Assembly (NCBI GenBank): GCA_008636045.1
Contig: SNRW01000046.1
Location: 1-34,973, forward strand
Origin: Streblomastix strix
Lineage: Eukaryota
DNA: 34,973 nucleotides
Direction of reading: 5' to 3'
Shown: positions 1-13,867 of the stretch, piece by piece
How the letters are laid out: each line of letters begins with the position of its first letter
Numbering within the stretch: the first letter of the stretch is position 1
Made by a program: the position numbers and the translations under genes
The notes under the pieces: model-generated
What the model was told of the DNA's origin: nothing
Database searches by the model: none
What the model saw: the letters and a program-made list of their open reading frames with translations, nothing else

Positions 1-1637
1 ATTTTAGGAATAATTTCATTATAATAAAATGCAGGCAATATGCGCCAATTTATACCTCGATTATTTTATTCCTTCTTTTATTGTTCTTTTACTGCCTTAT
101 AAAATTGCTTAATTAATTGATAAGGTTACATTCACATTTTATTCAATAAGAGAAGAAAAAAAGAAAAAGAAAGAATAAACAAATACAAATAAAAGTGAAA
201 ATATTGGAAAATTTAGAAATGAAAAAAAATCTATACATTAAATAACAATAAAAGAAATTGATGAAGAATCAGTTGAAATAAATTTCAGGTAATAAAATAA
301 TCAATCTGAATAAGATGAAAATGATCAAGAAGAATTAAACACATAATAATAACTTTCTGAACATTCATTACACTCCCCATATCAAAATTATAATAATAAT
401 TATTCTATTAATCAAGGGAATATTTTAAGTCCAAATTAATAATCATAACCTTAAATTTTTCTTTCCCATTCATCATAATATTTTTCATAATTTGTACTCT
501 GGCATCCTTCATGGTTTTGCCGCCTTCTTTAGTGGCTTATTCGATAATTATACCCTTACTTTCATATTGGACTTATTGGGTATATTAATTATATCATTTT
601 CTATGGTTTATTCTTTTTCATCTCTTGTTTTCAATTATATTTAAACTTTAGCTGTATATATCTTTCTTTTCTGTGTATCTTCATCTTAGTTGGTCCATTA
701 TTAATTGGGCTGTGTCCAGTTGATAATAGAATAGTTGTAATGTTTCACTGGGGAATAATATAAGGTTTGAAGAATTGCAAATAATATATTATAATTTACT
801 TCATTATTTTCTGCTTAATCAGGAGGACGATTTTTTGTTGGTGAAGGATACACGACAATGTTTGCATGTGCAATCTGCTATTGGTTCTCTGGGATATTTG
901 TAACAACATTAGCACATTCTGATAGAATGAAATTTAGAGAAAGTAATATTGATGATAAGAATGATTTGGATATTGATGATAAATATGTTTAAAAAATGGA
1001 CATTGAGAATTTATAAAATAGAAATAATGTATATTCTCCATTATAACAAAATGAAAAATAAATTGTAATAGACAATAGAAATAATAAATCATATTTTGCA
1101 CTTTCTCCTTTCAACTTATCCTAATTGAAAGATAGTATGCGAATAAATTGAATTAATTAAGAGAATAATCCTTAAGAAATTCTTATTTACTATTTATTGA
1201 TAATTATTTTATTTTTTATATATTTTTCTTTTTATTTTCTTTTAACATTATTATTCTTTGAAGGTCATTTCAACTCTCCTCTTCCTAATGTGCGAGATAG
1301 CCGTTGTGCATTAAACAAAATAGCTCTTATTATAAATTATGTATTATTCTATACTTTTTTCTTAGCTGCTGTATGCTTTCTTAGAAATATAAATTTCTAT
1401 AAAATTGATTAGGAAATATTAATTTTTTTTATAATTTTATTCATTCATTTCTATACTTTATTAATTATCTAGTCTGCTGGCTTATCAACTATTCATTATT
1501 CATACATCTTCTTATCTCCAATGATTTTACTTCAATTTATAATATCTGTTTGTATTCATCTAACCTTCTTAATTCCACATATTAAAAAGAAAATGAAATA
1601 AAATAAAATATTGAAACTAAAAATTGAATAATTATGA
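1..1637 (+). pseudogene. 3' part of a multi-pass membrane protein gene, weakly TMEM62 C-terminus-like; frameshifted or intron-containing, one in-frame TGA near 1149
   Basis: Code-6 translation gives hydrophobic segments FILVGPLLIGLCPVDNRIVVMFHWGIIQG (~680-770), ILIYYLLIIILFFIYFSFYFLL and YIFLSPMILLQFII, ending at TGA 1635-1637. The family call rests on recalled motif resemblance only. Confidence 0.35.
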
Positions 1638-2064
1638 AGTCTTCAATGAATTTTATTTAATATCTGGAGAAGAATATTACTTATAAACAGCTAACTTTTT
1701 TTAGATAAAAGAATACAATTATTTATTTTTCTTATCATTGAATCACTTCGAATGTTAATGCAAATAATTACGTATTGAATTAATTGAATCTTTAATAATA
1801 TTTTTAAAATTAAATAATAAACGTTAAAAATATCCAAAGATAAAAAAGAACTTTAGACCGATATTGAAAAAATTCATGCTGAATTTGATGAAATAAAAAA
1901 AAGTTGGAACTGAGGAACACAGGCTATTACTTGAAATTACAGAAATTTCTTCAAAAAAAATAAATTGTGTCCATGAAAGAAAGCAGAGAATTAGAATTAC
2001 TGAAAATAAATTATAAAAAAAAAATTTAAATTGAAACTGAATCATCTCCTAAAGGAGGTTATTA

Positions 2065-5000
2065 TAGTACATAGCCTCCGGAAAATCTTGCTCAACTCCT
2101 TAATTTTGAGATCGCCAAAAGGGCAACAGGGCCTGGGTACTCCAGTGAGCTGCCCATCCTTATAGGTCGATCATTTGAAAAATAGGAAAGAGTACTCTGA
2201 CGCAAGCAAGTGGTGAACGCGTGTAAACATTGTTCGCACACCTTCGAGTTGGAGTTAATATTAATATAATGCCGAATTAACCCTTAGCTGACGACAGCGA
2301 CGCGAACGGGAGCTATTTTAACGTATTCACGTGCGACTTCGAGATTACTAAACACGCACCAAATTAAGTGGGTCACCCCGCCTTTCAATCTAGTTTTAAA
2401 AGCTAAAACTCTGAATCATCAAGTCAAAATTACAAACAGTTACTTATTATCAGACCACCCACATTGATATATTCAAAAAACCAAATTTTAGAATACAAAT
2501 ACAAAATTGGGCGATTATTGGACAATCCTGAAATTGCGTTAAAAGGAAGGATTGCATAATACTAGAAACCATTATGGAATAAATAAACCTCTTAAAGAAT
2601 AGATTAGAGTCTTTTCACTCCAGTAGACCCTCCAGAACTATCGATAAATATGAATTAATAATAATTCAACGCCTACAAAGATTTTCGTTCATATAAAAAC
2701 TACATATTATGATAGTTATATCTAAAATTTAATAGTGAATATCATAGAGGATTTAGATAAAGTCTCTAAATTGTAAGTTTTTTAATGAAGATACACGTTA
2801 TCCATGAATGTCTAACAAATAATAATTGAAAAGCATTCTTGAGAGAAATAGATACTGATTTATTTTTATATGTAATACGAATAGAATTGGATGATGATGA
2901 TAATCACCACAACAAAGACTATGACCGTGATCATGACTATAATTGTAGACATAACAAAGATCATGCAGACAGAAAAGACAATTTGGAAATCGGAAGAAGC
3001 AAGCAAATGACTAGTATAATTTCAAGTAAAGATTCAAAAAATGGAAAAAGCAATAATAACTGGGCTGATGGTCTACTAGGCTAAATTGATAAATAACTGT
3101 TGAGAGAGTTTAGAATCCATCAAAATAGATAAAAAAACGTACGGAGTATACCAACATTTTTCAGGTTCACACATTTACAATCCAACTCTCTGAACAGCTG
3201 AAAATGAAGCCTTTCGAAATAGAAACTGCATTTCTCCCAATTTAAATGAAGAGAGATCCGATTTGCGGACATTTGTAGTGTCGATCAATGAAGAAAAAAC
3301 AATAACCCAATTACATTCATCGAAACAGCTCAATAACCACATACCCAACAAGTGAATTAAGATTAACTAGCCTAGCAAATATATATAAATTTAATAATAA
3401 ATCAATGAACTAAATTGAATGAATAGAAAAATTTAAATTTTTCATTTGGATATTTTTATGAACAATTCGTAATGGAATTAACAATTACAATGAATAGATG
3501 TTATAAACTCAGAACAGGGTGCTTAACAAAATACAATACCAGAAAATGATCTAACAATTGATTATTAGAAGGCTATCAATGAAGCACAACGACCAGCTCA
3601 AATGGATACAATCAGCACACCTCAAACAAAAGTATCTGATAATTTATAATATCAACAAACAGGATAGATTGATGATTTGAAAATTAAGACAGAACAGGAT
3701 CTTAATCAACCTTCATAAACTTTCCAATGGATATTAAATATACTTCATTAGTTCTCACTATCGAAGACCAATTCTCTCAACGAATAATAATAATTGCTAT
3801 ATTTATCTTTATCATTTTCATATTCATTCTTGTTAATAATTAAATCAAATTAGTAATTAAGTTAGAAATAATTCTATAATTTATCGGACTTATATAACTA
3901 ATACATCAAGAGAAAATAATTATAAAAGTACATTCTATTCGAAAATTCTGTTATCTACCTTCCTTTAACCTCAAATAATCCCAAAAGACATGTAGAAATC
4001 GAAGCAAATACTGCTTATCAGATCTAATATATCAATTGAATGGAATAAAACAATTAATTTCAAAACAAGATGAATTATATGATGAATGAACTCTAATGCA
4101 GTTCTGACGATGGTCAAACAATGAGAATGCACAAGGATATTCTAAGTAAACTACAAATTGAAAAATAACAAAGGACGAAAAGAGGTTGTTGATCATAAGT
4201 TAGGCTAATATGCTTTTATGAATCAAAAATATAGAAGAAACTTATATTAGAAAAGAGCAAGACAATCTACTTAGATACCAGCTGAAATTTTGATGTAATT
4301 ATGGAGAATTAGAAGATTAATTTCAAAAATAAATAATTAACAAATCATTATATTTAGAAATTTAACGATTAAATAAGAAAAAGAAGAACATCAATGGAAG
4401 AAAACATATAAAGGGCCAGAAAAAGTCAAGAAGCGACTTAGCGTCAAAACACAATATTATTATAATAATTAGATGTGGTATAGTCGAAATGGACCATTTT
4501 TTAGCTAGATGTGCTATTTTGGACCATTAAAAAGGGCTTCAGACTAGTCATACATGAAATTAAGATCGAGATATCCAAGCATTAGAGGACAATATATAGC
4601 TTCTCCAATATAAACAAACGCATCGAGTAAGACTATATGTTACTCGAATTTCATTTAGAGTATAATTTTGATTGTTGTTTATGTAAGAATGATTTCATAT
4701 TCATCCACAATTCCGAAAGGAATGTAACATCAATAGATTGCAGAAGAGGCAGTATAGGTTCATAAACCACCCAGAGAGACTTTTCCAATTAATGGAAATG
4801 TAAGAATGGTAGTATATTCTATGAACAGCATAGTTTTGTGCTACGTTAGAGTTGCTGAAACAAAATCAATAGATTTTTGACAAAAATTTCTACGGAATTT
4901 CGGTGAAATTATATTCATGAACCAAAATTGTGAAAAAAGGAGGCAGGAAACTTTTCAGAAGTATGTCCACTCGCTTAAATGCTTATATTATCACAAAATC

Positions 5001-5150
5001 GAATTAGAGAGATGATTTGCAGTACAGACAGCCAAGTTCGATTAATATGACATTTTTAATTATTGGGAATTATGAATAGGGGAAAAGAATATATTCATAC
5101 ACTTAAAATCTTTCACAAGACCCCAGTGGAAAAAATGTTATAATCTCAAT
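2065..5150 (+). pseudogene. Decayed ORF1/gag-like region of the DIRS element (Q-rich and D/H/R low-complexity stretches)
   Basis: Coding-like code-6 segments (PPENLAQLLNFEIAKRATGPGYSSELP at ~2075; Q-rich 3320-3800) upstream of and co-oriented with RT. No diagnostic motif recognised. Confidence 0.35.
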
Positions 5151-5179
5151 CATACACACAAAAATATGAAAAAAATTTG

Positions 5180-6620
5180 TTATCTAGAAATGTGGAAACT
5201 AGCCAATGTAATAAAGTTCATGTAAAAAGTTTTTTTCCATCTAAAAAAATGCGAATTTAGATAAAGGTTATTGCAACGAAAACAAAGGATTTGTCCGATC
5301 TCGCGAACAAGAGAAGAAAAAGTAACATATATAGAGAAATTGTAGGAGGAATTGAGAGGAAACAAAATGGGGTGAGATACCCAAAGTATAGGCTAAATGG
5401 TTTATTCCAACATTTATATTTCCGAAGCCTCACGAGAAATGTATAAAAGTCCCGGATACGAATGCTCTGAATAAAAACGTACAAACTATTCACTTTAAGA
5501 TTAATGAAATAGAATAAGTGAGAGATTTGTTAAGGAATGTAGATTAAGCAACAAGTTTAATCAAAAAGTCTGCATTTTACCATCTAATTGTACATCTATT
5601 GCACAGACCATTTCAACCATTCGAAGCAATTGGAAAGACTATAAATATTGAGCGATGCCGTTCGGAACACAATACTCCCAAATCTTCTTTGCAGAGACAC
5701 TAGCAATGATTCCGTTAAAGATATTGAGTGAATTGGATATAAGAATCTTTATCTGCGTAGAAGATCTGCTTACCCAATATTATAACAAAGAAAAGTTACT
5801 AGAATAGACTCAGATATTAATGATTGTTTTGGAGACATTCAATCGGACAATAGTCTAAGAAAAATGCGAAACAGAACCGAAACAATACATTAACTTCCTC
5901 TAATGATCTTGGGACATAAAAGGGGTGCATTTAAAAATGATTGACAAAAAAAGACAAGAACTATACTTCTAACTATTGTGATTCATTTACTTAATAGTGA
6001 GATAAGTCCAAAATAAGATCAAATATCTAGCGTCGATAATAAGCAAGCTGAATTTTTTGAGAGTGCAAGTAAGATAAGCCTCCCTTTACTTAAAATTGAT
6101 GAATTCAGCAAAAACAAGAGCATTATAGAATAAAAATTGTAAATATGCAATAATATTTCACAACAAAATCCTTAAAGAGCAGTATTAATGGCTGAGAGTA
6201 ATATCAAAAAATCAATAGATGACTCAAGAAGTGAAAATCTCAGAGACAGTAATGGTATGAGCTGTATTTCCATAAGGCTGGGGAGTATTTATCGAATTAT
6301 GGATACAAAATACTTCAGTCCAACATAAATAATGGAACAGAGAAATAAAACGCTGGACAAGCTACATGAGAGAGTTGGAAGCCATATTCTTTGATCTATT
6401 CTATTATGGATAAATCTTTAGAGAGTTGCAGATCAAAGGGATCCTCATTAAGTCAGACAGCTCTACTGCAGTGTAAGATATAGAAAAGTAGAGAGCAGAA
6501 GAAACGTTAGTAGCTGATGTTAAGAAAATAGTCAAACTGTATCAACAACTGAGAATTCAAACATGAACTCCATATATTCCAATAGTCTCAAATAGGATAA
6601 CAGATGCTCTAAGTAGACTA
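5180..6620 (+). pseudogene. Reverse transcriptase-RNase H of the DIRS element (inactivated)
   Basis: AKWFIPTFIFPKP, KSAFYHL and AMPFGTQYS; YxDD degenerated to CVED (5754-5765); EKCETEPKQYINFL; RNase H motifs QGWG, ELEAI, IKSDSSTAV and NRITDALSRL. Confidence 0.92.
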
Positions 6621-7062
6621 AGTACACAGGGCGAATACACAGTAAGGAAGGAGATATTCAAGGCTTTTTACCATGCGAGATAGATAACACCAACACTGGA
6701 CTTGTTCGCTACAGGGGAAAGTAAACTCGTGGATAGGATCGTGGCAATTCGAGAGGAAGATGAAGAGGCGGAGTGATTGAACGCATTTTCGGGACAGTGG
6801 AAAGAGGAGATCTTTTGAATCCACCTATCAATTCCTATGAATGGAAAAGCACTGATCGCTTAAGAGAAACTTAAACCTACATCAATCATTATTATACCTT
6901 GATGGTCATAATAATTAAAATTCTCACATTTTCAAATAGATATCAACATATACTTTTCTTATAGAGAACCCTTTGATTAAGAATTTTGGTAAAGAAAGGA
7001 TGAAAATGATGAACATGCTATTACCAGGAAAAATCACAGCATTTCTCATGGATCAAGAGTTA
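6621..7062 (+). pseudogene. DIRS-associated N6-adenine DNA methyltransferase domain (inactivated)
   Basis: TPTLDLFATGES (DLFA at 6699-6710), LNAFSGQW, catalytic-loop region degenerate as F*IHLSIP (expected xxPP), IIIP*W. In frame after RNase H, as in DIRS1-like elements. Confidence 0.8.
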
Positions 7063-7064
7063 AG

Positions 7065-8040
7065 CAGGGGAGAAATCTTCTTGCTGAATTTTTAGACAAT
7101 ATAAATATGACCTGAGAGACCCAACAAATGATAATTGAGGAGCAATAGTTCAACAATCAAAAAAATATTTACAAACATTGGGAATGTTTGACGACAGGAT
7201 GAAGGAAAAGAATTGTACAATTGAAGACTTTATGAACAAAAAGATACCATTTATACACTCTGAATTCATGAATTGACTAACAGGAACAAAGAAAACAGGG
7301 CCATCATCAGCAAAACATCATACATCAATATTAACACAATGCTTTCTTTCATATTTGGAACAGTACATGTCTCCGTAACTGCATAATGACTTTCCACACA
7401 TGCAAAATCTGAAAATTAGATTAATAATTCAAGATATTGGAGTACCTGGAACATCAGTCAACTGTATGACTATTGAAGAGTGAGACCAAAAAGTAATCTC
7501 CTTACGAATGAAGAACAACAAACAAAACTAGCATCATTACTAATGTCTTTATATTTTATTAAAATGGAAGAGCAGGCATATATAGATCTATCTGAATCGA
7601 TCATGGAAGATTAAGACTAAACGGAAACAGTTTGTATCCCTCCCGAACAATCTAGAAAGAAAGAAATAAGATATAAAAAAACAATGCGATGGAGTGATCT
7701 ACGGAAATATTCTTAGTTTGGATCGCAAGACTCAGAGAACACTTCTAATAAAATCCAAAAGATTTCTTACACTTATTCTAGAATGAAAATTGGGAGAAAG
7801 CAGATCAGAAATACGTTAGTAAACGTCTTGACTTACTAATTCATACACTCGGAATCAATGGTGCAACCGCGAACTCTATAACACAAGCATCTTCTACAGA
7901 ACTTGCAGCATAGTTGTTTGATAATAGTACAATAGACTTCTTTATATACTTTTCACCTTATTCAAAGATGAACCAATAATTCTATGTTAATACTATAAAT
8001 AAAGTGCAAGATTCAATCGCATCCGCATTCGTAATCAATT
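7065..8040 (+). pseudogene. Tyrosine recombinase of the DIRS element (inactivated)
   Basis: KLASLLMSLYFIKMEE (box I Arg to Lys), GATANSITQASSTELAAQ (the HxxR/SxRH region degenerate), C-terminal QFY and QDSIASAFV. Sequence character changes abruptly at ~8040. Confidence 0.8.
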
Positions 8041-8717
8041 CCTCTTCCATCTCCACTTCCTCCAATCATTCCACTTATTCCATTCATTATTCCGCATATT
8101 CGTTAATTATATATAATTTATTTGTTTCTCCAACTTATACTACTACTCCATATCCTGATCCTCCTGTTACATCTTATGCTTTATATAACGGAAATGCATT
8201 TGCTTATGTTGCAAATTCCATTATACTTTCAAGTTATTTCTATGAAAAAAGTTTAGTAACGTCAGCTAGAATTGATTGCTGGAATGAATCATGTTTCATT
8301 TCTAATAAGACATCATTTCTACTTTAATAGAATCATTATTCTCACTTAGTAAATTATTCAGGAACTATTGTCATAAATATAATATGAATTTTAGATAATT
8401 TATTTCTTGTCTGATCTTCCACATAGTCAACAATTAATATTATAATACATTTAATTGGAACATGTGCTGGAATTAATCTTGTATTTAATCTACTATTTCA
8501 GTTTCCCTTAAAATTATCAACTCATTTTCAGTTTCTTTCCATTAAAATATCATTTTCTACTTCTTTTAAATTCCGCTTCATTAAGAATGATGGATCTTTA
8601 AAACGATAAAGTTAATTTACTTCAGATTTCACTTAATGAACAATTCAGTCATCAATAGATCAATCTGCACGAGCTTATACTTCAGTTAATACTTCTTTAT
8701 AGGGCGAAAAAGGCATA
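8040..8717 (-). pseudogene. Decayed ORF of unknown function
   Basis: One minus-strand code-6 frame of ~200 codons (MPFSPYKEVLTEVQARAD...RLIPAHVPIKC...SIMEFATQANAFPLYKAQDVTGGSGYG) with several in-frame TGA. Confidence 0.35.
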
Positions 8718-9489
8718 TTTTGATTATCATTATTTTTATATAATACAAAGCATGTCTCTAATTAACAAAAAATTAATCAATTTTCTAGTTTTATTAATTA
8801 AATTCAAAAAATTTTGTGATATTGAAAATAATTTCAAATTTCTTATCTCATTATTTAAAGAAATAACCGCTAAAATTGATAATAATTTTCACTTACTGCC
8901 AGTTGATAATATTAAACCTATCTGCAAATGCACTTGAATTGATTAAACAGCAGTTTTTATTTCAAAATTTGTAGTTGAAAGACATTTGTCAATTGAAATT
9001 AGCGGACTCTTTTAGTATTATTTGCAAAACCAGAAAATTCTCATTATCATATTTATATAATAAACATGATTGCCAATATCAATAGTAGAAACATCTGCCG
9101 AAATAATAGTCAAGCCAGCATAATAGCTAATGAAGAAAGGGGACGAAGTAAATTTCGTCTTTAGTAGAAGATAAAACTGATTTATATTCGTACACTTCTA
9201 ATTCTTAAAATTTATGCTGAATACGAATCAGCAAGAGGGAATATGCCTCGAAGAATCATTGATGAACGGAAAAAAGCGGAAGATTGCAGGAATAAATATT
9301 GAACAAATGTTTCGAGATCTATGGAATGATTATTTTTTCCACCAGATAAAACCCAAAATTTGTATTTTATTAAAGTATGAATAATATGACTGTGATGATT
9401 TTGATGAAAAAATTGTAAAATGATTAGATAATTTTGAACAAGAAACAATTTTTCGAAGAGATGAATGAAGCAATAATTTGAAATGATGT

Positions 9490-10235
9490 TGATATGTTCT
9501 AGTAAATAGTATTCAAGTGACTGGTATTAATGTATAATTTCATTGAAAAGTGGATTTAGCGTGTAATGTATGAAATTTAATGAGTTAATTTTCGTTTTCT
9601 CAAGAACGAAATTTTGTTGCCAGATGCATTTTCCGGAAAAGTACAATATGCGCATAACATTCTTATTAGCTACGGTGTTTTTTTTTGAATTTAACGTGAT
9701 GATTCTGCTTCTCTACAACAAGTAATAGGTGTGTTTCGATGATATATCTAGGATTCATCGTTAGATAGAATAAATTCGAAAAATTATTCTTATATAAATT
9801 CTAGAAATAGAATTATTTCTCTTATTTCCTGAACTCGAATATCCTTGTAGGTTTATGTCAGTAAGCGAGATACCCGCTTTCTAATTAAATATTTCAAGCA
9901 AAAATCTTTGTTTAAACGATTTAAAATTGTACTTTCCGAATGATCGTGAATTTCAGACATTTGTTATGTACTAATGTCAGGATCGTCCACAAGAACTTGT
10001 TTGTTTTATTCAGCTTATCTAGGAGTATCTGGTCTCCCGTCTCTATCTTCATCTAAGATGGAAACTCGACAGGAATCGAATCTATCTATGCAATTCTGAA
10101 TCGTTTGCTCCGTAAGATGGTTATTTGGGTAAGAGGTAACAAGAGATTCAAAAGATTCTTCAGTACTTTTATGGTTGTGTGAGAAATTCTTGATTACCGC
10201 ACAATTTTCCAGTTCGTGAAGTTATTTGAGTATAA
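9490..10235 (-). mobile_element. Tc1/mariner-family transposase relic, truncated before the second catalytic Asp
   Basis: HTH region AVIKNF...KSTEESFESL...RFDSCRVSILDEDRDGRP; degenerate WVPHxLT (RVSRLLT); first catalytic motif ILSNDESQIY (~9745-9770); KNVMRILYFSGK. Two frameshifts; no TIRs found. Confidence 0.85.
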
Positions 10236-11336
10236 ATGATATGAAATCTAATATGAGTTAAATGAGGAGGTTTAAAATATTATTTTACAGTTTATTATAT
10301 TAAAGTAGATCGTATTGAATTTCATCATAATTTAAATAAAATTAATTTAAAAATTTAATCGATATTCAATATTTGATCGATAAGAACTTTCCGAGACTCC
10401 TAAATATAATTTTTTTTAAAAATTTTAGATGTCGCAGAACTATTTAAGTTTGAATGACTTGATAGTTTTTCAAAATTAGAATAAAAAGATTATTTCTAAT
10501 TAATTTTTAATCTCAAATCTTTTACTTAATTATTAACGGGTTTATTTTTCAATTTAATTAATTTTCAATTGTAAATATTTTATAGAAAGTCTGATTTTTC
10601 CTAAAAGATTTTCCGAATTAACCGATATAATTTAACCTTTAATAATGAAAATTTTTACATTTTATTTAAAAAATTAGAATTATCTAAAGTCTAAGTTATC
10701 CGGATAGTAGTATATAAGTTTTCAATATCTGTTGCAAAATTAACTCCTTCAAAAATAACAAGATTATGAATCACCATAATTTTATTTTAATTTTAATGCA
10801 TTTAGTCATTGAAAATTAACCTTTACATCATATTTCTTCCGTATCTAGCATAATTTGGAATTATATGGGGTCATTTGAATATATATTTCAGTAAAGAATG
10901 TGAATAGAATTTAAATAACATTTTTTCTTCACAAAATATTCATTTTATATAAAAAAAATTTTAACCACGATTGTTGATTAATATTTTAAAACACAAATTT
11001 AATAGATAAGAATATATTTTAATTTATATTGTGAAAAAAAAATTTTTTTCTGTTAGCTTGATAACTTATTCAATAATAAACTAATTTGATTCTATACAAT
11101 TATATTATATGATTCGTAATAGGGAGTATTTCTTTTTCATTGACTTCCTTGAAACTGTAATATTTTATATATATATCCAAAATTTAGTGATTTTTTCGAT
11201 TTAAAAATCCAATTTTAAGAATATTTTTAAATGTATATGCATTATACGATTAAATTAATGGAAATATTGATATTATAAATAATGTATTATTGAAGTATGA
11301 TCTGTTATGGCATAATATTGGTGTATTTTATTTCAG

Positions 11337-11680
11337 GTGTGAAAAATTGGGTGTTGGGGATAGTTGGATAGTATTCCTATAAATGGAAAATGTTTCCGAA
11401 AATAATTATTAAAAATCTCTGCGGTATGACCATAATTAGCCTTTTGAGTCAAAATCAACTTAAATTGGAAGAATAATTTTCCTCACTGACCCATCTTATG
11501 TAAGCGCAAGGGTAACTGAAGAAACATCTGAAGAGACATATCCATACTCATAAGTAAAAACTACATTGAATTATTATCCAATATATGCTAAAGAAGGCAT
11601 CAGTGTAGCTAATACTACTCGGATTACTTTGAAAGTGGTCGCAACAGTTCTTTTTCTTCCAATTTTTACGTTGTTCATTC
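11337..11680 (+). pseudogene. Fragment encoding a C-terminal hydrophobic anchor (surface/GPI-type protein tail)
   Basis: Open code-6 frame after a TTTCAG acceptor-like site: ...TDPSYVSARVTEETSEETYPYS...ITLKVVATVLFLPIFTLF. Higher GC than the flanks. Confidence 0.3.
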
Positions 11681-12389
11681 GAGTGCGTATAATAATTAAA
11701 ATAATGAAAAGCAACTTCTAATCGTTTATTTTCTCAATATTTATCATCAAATAAAATCAGATAGAAATCATTCGTATTAGTAATTTTAGCAACTTAAACA
11801 CATAATCAACTAAAATATATGAGTTTTAATAAAAAAAAATATAAGCAAATAGTGACTTTAATAGCTTAAATTATTTTCTAAACTCAAATAGTTTAAAAAC
11901 AAATCAAATTAAAATTGTTCGATAAAAAGTTGAATTTACATTTTTTTCCGAATTATATTGATATATAATATGAAAATAAAAATATTTTCCAAAATTTGGA
12001 TGAATTTTATGATATTTGAAAATTTTTTGGTAAAAATTGGAAATTTTTGTATTCTTGCACAATTTGTTTTCAAATTTTATATCTGAAATAAATTCTCTAA
12101 TAGCATCATAGATTAAATCATATTATTTAAGAGAAACTGAATTTTGTGCAATTTTTGCATTTTTTTGAATTTTTTTATTCATCTGGCAATAATAACTTAA
12201 TCATCTAAATTACTCATATATAAAATAATTATTCAGTCAAATAAAAATAAATATTATTTAATTTATTTGAAAATTTTTTTATACTCATGAAATTTTGAGT
12301 AGAAAAACTAAATTTAATTTTTTTAAATTAAAAATTTTCTAAATTTTATCCCTTTGGGATATAAAATACTTCTTACAAAGATAGTGTGC

Positions 12390-13520
12390 ATTTCGATTAT
12401 TTATTGACATTCAGAGCACCAATCAGTGTGCCCTACCTGATTATATAATTCCTTGATCGAAAAAGAATAATGGTTCTGTTCATCACTAGATCAAGTATCG
12501 TCTGTTTACTATGAACACAGAAATGCACTGTTGGTATTGACATTCATGCTCAGACCTCAAATTGAAGCCTTTATAACGGATTAAGGTTTTGAAACACCAA
12601 CATTCGAGATTAACGATCCCATTTCATGTAGAAGTTGAACACTTTTAATTTATATATAATGAAGAAATAAATGGCGTTCGAGGACCTAGCATTGAGGTTT
12701 TCATTGATTAACGACACATTTTCGAAAAAATGAGACGCAATTGAAGGTGATTTATGACCATGTTGCCAACAACTACGAGAAATTAGTCAAATTTTTATGA
12801 AACATGGTCTTAATGCATGGCTCATCGCGATTAGCTAGACTGGACAGTCTGCACCGTTATTACCGCATATTAGAGCAAATACCAAAAATACGGTTAAGAG
12901 AATCGATGATTCAGACTTGAGGTTTCATGCAAAGCAGAAAAAGAAACGTAATCGAGATGATAGTTCGCTTTCAAAGTATTTTTGCAATGTATGATCCGTA
13001 AGACATCTTAGAACGCATTCCAGAAGGCATGAGCGAATGAAACATAATGTTTCAGCTTCGAAATAAAGTATTTCTAGTCAATTTAAGTCAAAATGAAAGG
13101 ATAACCATCATAAGCGACTGTATCATTATAGCTGTGATCACAAAGACGTCGAATTTTGAAAAGAAATGGAAAAAAGAGATAAGGTACACAAACGTTTTCA
13201 ATTTAATCCAGACAATGTTGTCTCAAGAGATGTCTGGATGAGATTAGCAGAAATGAACATGTGGTGATATGAGAATCTGTGATCTTCATTAGAACCAATT
13301 GAAATGTAACCAAGTAAAGTCTCACATGTTAACGGAGAGTATACCAGAGCAGTCTCACTTGCAGAGAGCACACGGATTGCAGAAATCTATCCCATAATAC
13401 CAAAAAAACCACCATCCAGATATCTAATTGACGAAAGCTTCATATGCTTTACCGCAGGAATACGATAGTGATCGACTCAATTTGCTCAGTATTCACATGT
13501 ATGTAATCGCAATTAAGCGT
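12390..13520 (+). pseudogene. GC-richer decayed ORF, unknown family (possibly a TE fragment)
   Basis: Coding-like composition within very AT-rich flanks. Code-6 segments MLRPQIEAFITDQGFETP, FYETWSQCMAHRDQLDWTVC and FQFNPDNVVSRDVWMRLAEMN, with many TGA. Confidence 0.3.
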
Positions 13521-13814
13521 TAGCAAATTATTTATATTCATGATTATTTTTTTAAGTTTTTTGATTATTAATAATTGCATATCATTAACTTTTGAAGTAT
13601 AATTTGTTTAATTTTATTTATATCTAATTCTTGCATTTTTGCGTTGCTCTCTTGCTGCAATCGTTGCCTATTCTTTATCAGTATATTTCTTTGGTCTTCC
13701 TTATTTGCCTAAAATTTAGTCTTCAGACGGCCCCCTTGCGGGGACTGCCTCAATTAATGTCTCTGATTATGCTTCAGTTTATGTTGATTCATTAACAGCT
13801 TTATTATCTGCCAT
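13440..13814 (-). CDS. Small basic AT-hook-like DNA-binding protein; native 3' end probably lost near 13520
   Basis: MADNKAVNESTQTEAQ...GKQGRPKKYTDKEQATIAAREQRKNARIRYK. The GRPKKY motif is followed by a basic helix. The frame runs into the unrelated GC-richer block before TGA at 13440. Confidence 0.6.
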
Positions 13815-13867
13815 TTTAATTTAAATAAAAAAAATGAAAATTATATAAATAAATTTTTATTTTTATT

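Larger units (their letters stand above)
2050..8040 (+). mobile_element. Degenerate DIRS-type tyrosine-recombinase retrotransposon; left boundary uncertain, 3' end truncated
   Basis: Domain order is ORF1-like region, RT, RNase H, N6-adenine MTase, tyrosine recombinase, which is diagnostic of DIRS1-like elements. Many TGA stops and frameshifts. Confidence 0.85.

Noticed and set aside
2053..2250. Hairpins (GGAGGTTAT...ATAGCCTCC; GGGCA...TGCCC) as a structured ncRNA or DIRS terminal repeat
   Set aside because: Stems are short and imperfect, no matching partner repeat was found at the element's other end, and the region also reads as decayed ORF1.
10250..12350. Mariner TIRs or Polinton left TIR
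   Set aside because: Extremely AT-rich sequence with no convincing inverted match to ~9200-9500 or to ~34000-34400 by eye.
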